Assembly (NCBI GenBank): GCA_049967855.1
Contig: JBMFRX010000012.1
Coordinates: 1 to 42,419, forward strand
DNA length: 42,419 nt
Reading direction: 5' to 3'
Source of the DNA: Caldisericaceae bacterium
GTDB lineage: Bacteria; Caldisericota; Caldisericia; Caldisericales; Caldisericaceae
Below, piece by piece: positions 36,682 through 42,419 of the stretch. The notes beneath the pieces are model-generated. The model was not told where the DNA came from. It saw only the letters and a program-made list of their open reading frames with translations, and ran no database searches. Numbering within the stretch: the first letter of the stretch is position 1; each line of letters opens with the position of its first letter. The position numbers and the translations under genes are program-made.

Positions 36682-38109
36682 ATGGAAGAATTTGATGTAG
36701 TGATTTTAGGTGCGGGCTCTGCAGGGTATGTTTCTGCAATAAGAGCAGCAGACCTTGGCAAGAAGGTGCTTATTGTCGAAGGAAGAGATATTGGAGGAAC
36801 ATGCCTTAATAGAGGATGTATCCCAACAAAAGCAATCCTTAGAGCAGCAGAAGTTTATGCTGAGGCAAAGGAATCAAAAGTTTTCGGAGTAGATTCGACC
36901 TGCTCAACATTCAATATCGGTGGAATACAAAATTGGAAAGAGACTGTTGTTAAAAGGTTAGTCTCAGGTGTTGATTTTCTTCTTAAATCGAGAAAAGTTG
37001 TTGTCATAAGAGGCACGGGAAAGCTTGTTGACGGGAACGTAATTGAAGTTGAAACTGCAACTGGCAAAGAGACTTACAAAGGGACAGATGTAATAATTGC
37101 AACAGGTTCTGAGCCAGCTATGATACCTGATTTCAAAATTGACCATAACCTAATACTGACATCTGACGATGCTTTGAATTTGAAAAAGGTTCCAAAAGAT
37201 ATTCTTATCGTTGGTGCAGGTGCTATAGGAGTAGAGTTTGGGACATTCTTCACAGAAGTAGGCTCAAAAGTCACGATAGTAGAAATGATGCCTCAAGTCA
37301 TTCCAACATTATGTTTCCAAAAAAAGAAACCGTGTGTTGACGCAAAAATAGCCGCAATGGCTCAAAGAATACTCACAAAGAAAGGAATGACCATAAAGAC
37401 AGGTGTCAAAATTGTGAACATAGAAGCAAAAGGCGGTAAGGTTTTCTCGACTCTTGATAATGGAGAAGTTATTGAAACAGAAAACGTTCTTGTTTCAATT
37501 GGACGAAAATTAAATTCAGATGGTATTGGGCTTGAAAAAGTTGGAATTGCAACTGACAGAAGCAGAATAATTGTTGATGAATATTTGAGAACGAACATTC
37601 CTCACCATTATGCAATTGGAGACGTTGTAGGTGGGATGCTTTTAGCACATAAGGCAATGAAAGAAGGAGAGGTAGCCGCTGAAATTATTGCTGGAAATGA
37701 TATCAAAATGGACTATCGGGTTGTTCCGTGGGCTATTTTCACAACGCCTGAAATTGCTGCAGTAGGGATATCTGAAGAAGAGGCAAAAGCTCAAGGTATA
37801 GAAGTTGTAACAGGCGAATTTCCATTCAGCGCGAATGGCAAGGCTATTTCAATGAACTCAACAGACGGAGTTGTCAGAATAATCGGAACCAAAGAAACTC
37901 ATGAAATCATTGGAGCACAAATTATTGGGCCTGACGCATCTGTTATGATTGCCGAACTTGCTCTTGCAGAACAAAAACACCTCACATTGGAAGATGTAGC
38001 TCACACAATACATACTCACCCAACAGTTGCAGAGTCGACAATGGAAGCTGCAAAAGTACCGCTTGGAGAGGTCATTCATATAGCACAAAGCGTTAGGAAT
38101 CAAAACTAA
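36682..38109 (+). CDS. lpdA: Dihydrolipoyl dehydrogenase
   Basis: GAGSAGY, GGTCLNRGCIP redox disulfide, GAGAIGVE, LAHKA, HTHPTVAE catalytic His-Glu. Confidence 0.92.
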   Translation: MEEFDVVILGAGSAGYVSAIRAADLGKKVLIVEGRDIGGTCLNRGCIPTKAILRAAEVYAEAKESKVFGVDSTCSTFNIGGIQNWKETVVKRLVSGVDFLLKSRKVVVIRGTGKLVDGNVIEVETATGKETYKGTDVIIATGSEPAMIPDFKIDHNLILTSDDALNLKKVPKDILIVGAGAIGVEFGTFFTEVGSKVTIVEMMPQVIPTLCFQKKKPCVDAKIAAMAQRILTKKGMTIKTGVKIVNIEAKGGKVFSTLDNGEVIETENVLVSIGRKLNSDGIGLEKVGIATDRSRIIVDEYLRTNIPHHYAIGDVVGGMLLAHKAMKEGEVAAEIIAGNDIKMDYRVVPWAIFTTPEIAAVGISEEEAKAQGIEVVTGEFPFSANGKAISMNSTDGVVRIIGTKETHEIIGAQIIGPDASVMIAELALAEQKHLTLEDVAHTIHTHPTVAESTMEAAKVPLGEVIHIAQSVRNQN

Positions 38110-38127
38110 AATATTATTCTGCTTTAT

Positions 38128-38159
38128 TTTAGAGGCTACCAAAGTCGGTAGCCTCTAAA
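38128..38159. terminator. Bidirectional terminator between convergent lpdA and ackA
   Basis: Perfect 13-bp stem TTTAGAGGCTACC-AAAGTC-GGTAGCCTCTAAA. Confidence 0.8.
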
Positions 38160-38186
38160 CTTCACATTTTGTAACAGCTTTATAAA

Positions 38187-39539
38187 CTAAAAATCAACCC
38201 CGGGTATTTTTGCTTTTATGTCTTTTAAACCTGGTTTTTTGCCTAATTCTTTAGCAAAAGCCTCTTCCCTAAGAAAATTCTTATAGGCAGGGTCTTGAAA
38301 TGAGTATGTAAAATTAGTATGTACATCATATCTTCCTTCAATGAGTGCAACTGTATCCTCAGTCATTACAAGCTCTTCGTCTGTTGGAATAACAAAAACT
38401 TTGACTTTGGATTCAGACGAAGAAATCTCTGTTTCTGCATTGCGAGTCATTGATAGATTGTTCCTATTCTTGTCTACAATTATGCCAAAGTTCTCAAGCC
38501 CTTCAAGAGACTTTCCCCTGTATATCGGTCCCATCTCTCCAACACCTGCAGTGAATACAATTGCATCAATTTTGCCAATAACTCCCATATATGATGAAAC
38601 ATACTTCTTAAGCCTGTAAGACTCAAGTTCTATGGCAAGTTGAGAAAGCTTGTCACCGGCTGCAGCAGAATCTTCTACATCTCTTCTATCAGTGTATTTC
38701 CCTTTAGTTATGCCGTATACGCCACTTTTCTTGTTCAAAATATTGTTCATATCCTTCGCAGATACACCAAGCTTCTCCATCATATATAAATCAATTGCAG
38801 GATCATGGTCACCAGAACGGGTCCCCATTACAAGGCCTTCAAGAGGCGTGAAACCCATACTTGTGTCAATGGATATTCCATTCTTGACAGCATCTATGCT
38901 TGAACCATTTCCAATGTGGGCAATTATTACGTTTGTTTCGAATGGATTTTTGCCCAAAAGCACGCTTGCTCTCTTTGCAACATACAAGAATGACGTCCCA
39001 TGGAAACCATATCTCCTGATGTGATAATTCTCGTACCACTCGTAAGGTAAGGCATATATATAAGCCCTGCTTGGCATTGTCTGATGCCAGGCAGTATCCA
39101 TTATTGCAACGTGTGGCACATCTGGCAGAACCTCTTGAGCTGCACGTATTCCTGTGATGTTTGGGGGATTGTGGAGTGGAGCTAATTCAGCTAGTTCCTG
39201 AAAAGTTCTCAGAGCTTCATCGTTTATTATTACCGACTTATTAAACTTTTCACCGCCGTGTACAACACGATGTCCAACTGCCCTTATCTCTTTAATATCC
39301 TTAATAACTCCGTATTCGGGGTTTGTAAGGGTTTGCATAATTAAATTAATTGCATCCTTATGGGTCGGGCAGTTTTGCGAAATCTTTACCTTATCATTTC
39401 CCATTACTTCATGAGAGATAAAAGAGCCTCCAATGGTTACCCTTTCAACAATCCCTTTCGCCAGGATTTTCTTTTCTTCCCATCGATAAAGCTGATATTT
39501 TACCGAAGAGCTTCCACAGTTTAAAGTTAAAATATCCAT
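38187..39539 (-). CDS. ackA: Acetate kinase (C-terminally extended)
   Basis: LNCGSSSVKY, GHRVVHGG, LAPLHNP, RRYGFHGTS, SMGFTPLEG, FTAGVGE, PTDEE. Confidence 0.96.
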   Translation of the reverse strand: MDILTLNCGSSSVKYQLYRWEEKKILAKGIVERVTIGGSFISHEVMGNDKVKISQNCPTHKDAINLIMQTLTNPEYGVIKDIKEIRAVGHRVVHGGEKFNKSVIINDEALRTFQELAELAPLHNPPNITGIRAAQEVLPDVPHVAIMDTAWHQTMPSRAYIYALPYEWYENYHIRRYGFHGTSFLYVAKRASVLLGKNPFETNVIIAHIGNGSSIDAVKNGISIDTSMGFTPLEGLVMGTRSGDHDPAIDLYMMEKLGVSAKDMNNILNKKSGVYGITKGKYTDRRDVEDSAAAGDKLSQLAIELESYRLKKYVSSYMGVIGKIDAIVFTAGVGEMGPIYRGKSLEGLENFGIIVDKNRNNLSMTRNAETEISSSESKVKVFVIPTDEELVMTEDTVALIEGRYDVHTNFTYSFQDPAYKNFLREEAFAKELGKKPGLKDIKAKIPGVDF

Positions 39540-39542
39540 TAC

Positions 39543-40184
39543 TTAGTGTTCCTCCTTGTTAGTCATTAGATAGGATAGTATATACAATTTTTGCGCAAGG
39601 TCAACGTCAAGCACAGAGATTTTTCTCCTTGTTTTAAGGTTAAGTGAATGAGGAACAAAGTTGAGTATTCCCTTGATTTTGCTCTTTATAATGATATCTT
39701 CGACATTTTGCAACTCACTATTTGGTATCGTCAGAAGCATTATTTCAACGTTCTTTTCTTTCACAACATCCTGAAGCAAATTAACATCATAAATTTCAAC
39801 TCCGTTCATTTTCTTTCCAATCTTGTCTGGGTCTCTATCGAACATTGCGACGAGGTTATATCCAGATTCAGCAAATCCTGCGTATCGGGCCAGTGCACTT
39901 CCCAGAGAACCAGCACCCACTATACACATATTCCAGCTTTTTTTGTTTCTGAGAATTCTCTCAATACTTCTCTTCAGTCTGGCAACATTATAGCCCGTAC
40001 CAACCTTGCCAAAACGTCCAAAATACGATAAATCCTTCCTGACCTGCTCTGGGGTAGTCTTGGTATTAACAGCCATATCTTTCGAGGAAATTGTCTCTAT
40101 CCCACGAGACTCAAGATGCTTAAGGCACCTCAAATAAGTAGCCAGTCTTTCGATTGTTGCAAAGGGTATATCAATGTTTTCCAT
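39543..40184 (-). CDS. rex: Redox-sensing transcriptional repressor Rex
   Basis: IPFATIERLATYLR, QVRKDLSYFG...G.GY, VGAGSLGSAL, GILNFVP. Start at ATG 40184 after GGAG; the ORF track starts at 40286. Confidence 0.95.
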   Translation of the reverse strand: MENIDIPFATIERLATYLRCLKHLESRGIETISSKDMAVNTKTTPEQVRKDLSYFGRFGKVGTGYNVARLKRSIERILRNKKSWNMCIVGAGSLGSALARYAGFAESGYNLVAMFDRDPDKIGKKMNGVEIYDVNLLQDVVKEKNVEIMLLTIPNSELQNVEDIIIKSKIKGILNFVPHSLNLKTRRKISVLDVDLAQKLYILSYLMTNKEEH

Positions 40185-40232
40185 ACGCTCTCCTTTCCTG
40201 TTTGCTAAAATGCTTGCATAAAACTTTACATT

Positions 40233-40241
40233 ATTATAACA
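40233..40241 (-). promoter_or_regulatory. Extended -10 promoter of rex-ackA
   Basis: Minus strand TGTTATAAT (TGnTATAAT). Confidence 0.55.
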
Positions 40242-40274
40242 AATTTTCACAAATTTTGAATAAACATAATAAAA

Positions 40275-40283
40275 TGGTAAAAT
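40275..40283 (+). promoter_or_regulatory. Extended -10 promoter of mnmA (probably leaderless)
   Basis: TGGTAAAAT ends 6 nt before the ATG at 40290; no SD. Confidence 0.55.
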
Positions 40284-40289
40284 CATTTT

Positions 40290-41342
40290 ATGAAGATTAT
40301 TGTTGCTATGAGCGGAGGTATCGATAGCGCTGTTGCAGCCTATCTCCTGAAAAAGTGGGGCAACGAAGTAACAGGAGTGTTCTATAAGCTATCTGAGTCT
40401 CCACGCGAAGACGAAAAGAGATGCTGCGACTATGATTCGGTAAACAAACTTTCCAAATTGCTCTCAATAAAAATTGAAACGATTGATATCCATAATGAGT
40501 TTCAAAGTGAAATCGTCGAGGATTTCCTATCCTCTTATAAGAATGGCACAACGCCAAATCCTTGCACGCTATGCAATGAGAAGATAAAATTTGGTCTTGG
40601 TCTCAAGAGAGCACAAGAGATAATCGGCAACTATCCCTTTGCTACAGGGCATTACGCAGTTATCGAAAAGGAGAACAACAGATTTCACCTAAAAAAAGCT
40701 TTAGATAAGGACAAAGACCAATCTTATATGCTCTGGAGACTTACAAAGGATTCTCTAAGCAAAATAATACTTCCATTAGGGAATTATACAAAAACCGAGG
40801 TAAGGAATATTGCAAAAGATTTCAATATGCCCCCAAAAAGAGAAAGCCAGGATATCTGTTTCATTAACGGAACGCTGAGGAATTTTCTGGAAGAGCACTT
40901 TGGTAAGGCAAAGGGCAAAGTAGTTGATACAAAAGGCCAAGTGTTGGGAGAACATAGCGGAGCTTATCTTTATACAATTGGCCAGCGCAGTGGACTGAAT
41001 ATCCCTTATGAGTATCCACTTTATGTTGTTGGAATCGATGTTTCAGATAATATTGTTATTGTTGGCAGCTATGATGAATGTTTCTTTGATAGAGCCATAA
41101 TAAAAGATTTAAACGTACTTGAGGACTGGAATGGGGAGTCGATACACCTAAAAGGCAAAATCAGGTACAGGAGCAAGGAAAGTGATGTAATTCTGAAAAA
41201 GGAAGGAGAATATGCATCAGCGGAATTTACAGCTCCACAGTTTGCAGTAACTCCTGGCCAAAGCCTTGTGCTTTACAAAGATGATTATCTATTTGCAGGC
41301 GGCACAATAATGAAAGCTTTTAGAAGAAATCCAGATAGCTGA
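40290..41342 (+). CDS. mnmA: tRNA 2-thiouridine(34) synthase
   Basis: AMSGGIDS, PNPCTLCN, ATGHYA, KDQSY, ESQDICF, YTIGQR, TPGQ. Confidence 0.96.
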   Translation: MKIIVAMSGGIDSAVAAYLLKKWGNEVTGVFYKLSESPREDEKRCCDYDSVNKLSKLLSIKIETIDIHNEFQSEIVEDFLSSYKNGTTPNPCTLCNEKIKFGLGLKRAQEIIGNYPFATGHYAVIEKENNRFHLKKALDKDKDQSYMLWRLTKDSLSKIILPLGNYTKTEVRNIAKDFNMPPKRESQDICFINGTLRNFLEEHFGKAKGKVVDTKGQVLGEHSGAYLYTIGQRSGLNIPYEYPLYVVGIDVSDNIVIVGSYDECFFDRAIIKDLNVLEDWNGESIHLKGKIRYRSKESDVILKKEGEYASAEFTAPQFAVTPGQSLVLYKDDYLFAGGTIMKAFRRNPDS

Positions 41343-41353
41343 TTGCGGAAAAA

Positions 41354-41362
41354 TGATATAAT
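41354..41362 (+). promoter_or_regulatory. Extended -10 promoter for the terminal ORF
   Basis: TGATATAAT followed by an AAGGAGG SD. Confidence 0.55.
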
Positions 41363-41383
41363 ATGATTAAGGAGGCGTATAAA

Positions 41384-42419
41384 ATGAAAATAGCTCCAAA
41401 AGAATTAGTGTGGAAGGATTTTAAAAGATTGCAGAGAGAAGTTGAACTAAAAACAGAACCAATGGTTGAAGACTTGTTATTTATGCAAACAATTGAAGGT
41501 CATTCTCATAATGGAGATGGAGCTTTCAATGGGGATAAATATGTTGATACTACTATTAACGACATTGTGGAGATACTCGGGAGAGACACATTCATAGTGA
41601 GAGCAGAAAGACAAATGCTCATCGACGAGATTTATGAATTTGCAAACAGGATAATAAAAGGAGAGGAACTCAGGCACCTTGTGAACGCAAACGGTGAACC
41701 ATTGATGAGATGCCCTCTGTTTCTGAAGTGGGAAATAGAGCCAAAAGAAGTCCTTAAAGGCCTATATCTTGGTGGCTTAATGGATGATTTTGAAACCCGA
41801 AAAAAAGTTAATGAGAAGTACAAAACCAACCTCGGCGGAGGTAAACCTTATCTTGTAGATATGCGAGTGATGGAGAAGCTTGGCTTAAACGGAGAAATGC
41901 TTGCACACGGAGACCATGAAGATAAGCTTGACGAATACAGAAAAGAAGGCTTGATAATTGACCCTTCGAACGTCGACTTTCTGAGACATTCTGACATACG
42001 CTTCCAATACATACGACACAAAAAAGGTCTTGGGGTTTCAGATGACCTTGCTATTATAATGGGGGGCTTGCTCTATAATACAAGTGTTGCCTTTGGAGCC
42101 TATTTGGCTGATGCAATTGATACACTGGACAAATTTGCACTCAAATTTATTGAGCAGGACGATTACCTTTCCAATCTTATTGCAAACAGCTTTAAGGGAT
42201 TGAATATCAGTGATGAAGAGGTTTACAAATATATATATCTTATCTCAATTCCAGAAGACAAAGAGAAATATGTTCCAGACTCCTCTCAAAGATACTTTCT
42301 TGAGATAGATAAAGAGGCTCAAATTACAACACTTGAATCCCATTACAACTTCCTGAAGGGCCTTCCCATAGTCCCATTCAAAATTGCATATGAAAGAATT
42401 CTAAACACTGTCCTCTATG
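41384..42419 (+). CDS. Hypothetical protein of at least 345 aa (3' end runs off the window)
   Basis: Not in the ORF track. Open frame from ATG 41384 (MKIAPKELVWKDFKRLQREVELK...) with a strong SD and its own promoter; no family recognised. Confidence 0.8.
   Translation, partial: MKIAPKELVWKDFKRLQREVELKTEPMVEDLLFMQTIEGHSHNGDGAFNGDKYVDTTINDIVEILGRDTFIVRAERQMLIDEIYEFANRIIKGEELRHLVNANGEPLMRCPLFLKWEIEPKEVLKGLYLGGLMDDFETRKKVNEKYKTNLGGGKPYLVDMRVMEKLGLNGEMLAHGDHEDKLDEYRKEGLIIDPSNVDFLRHSDIRFQYIRHKKGLGVSDDLAIIMGGLLYNTSVAFGAYLADAIDTLDKFALKFIEQDDYLSNLIANSFKGLNISDEEVYKYIYLISIPEDKEKYVPDSSQRYFLEIDKEAQITTLESHYNFLKGLPIVPFKIAYERILNTVLY

Noticed and set aside
460..41829. Numerous 60-180 aa ORFs in the track that overlap the long genes (e.g. 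9129-9668, 28140-28649, 25602-26042, 32554-32991, 41477-41829)
   Set aside because: They are antisense or off-frame shadows of well-supported genes and have no recognisable motifs.
1..42419. CRISPR arrays, tRNA/rRNA genes, IS elements, prophage or defence systems
   Set aside because: Intergenic gaps are all under about 275 bp, and I saw no direct-repeat arrays, cloverleafs, transposases or integrases.

Overview
A 42.4 kb, gene-dense chromosomal window from an anaerobic bacterium. The gene content is Caldisericota/Thermotogota-like, which is inference only. I saw no rRNA, tRNA, CRISPR array or mobile element. Left to right: (1) a co-oriented minus-strand glycerol/glycerophosphodiester catabolic cluster (MFS, glycerophosphodiester phosphodiesterase, Fe-alcohol dehydrogenase, tungsten-type aldehyde:ferredoxin oxidoreductase, ABC importer, glpK, two-subunit glycerol-3-phosphate dehydrogenase); (2) housekeeping genes (ispH-plsC-cmk-rpiB, murJ, tyrS, MFS, patatin, nucleoside hydrolase-rbsK, folK-xth); (3) a complete 13-subunit Mrp-Mbx/MBS-type (membrane-bound sulfane reductase-like, nickel-free) respiratory operon, in which the N subunit is fused to a GltD/NfnL-type flavoprotein and a translationally coupled 14th gene encodes what looks like a stand-alone, catalytically dead Hint/mini-intein domain; (4) divergently, a Cys-containing ArsR regulator, an AhpD-like protein and an orphan lpdA with an extra CX6C loop; (5) rex-ackA, mnmA and a truncated unknown ORF. 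The best novelty candidate is the pseudo-intein gene inside the respiratory operon, together with the NAD(P)H module and the adjacent thiol-redox genes.
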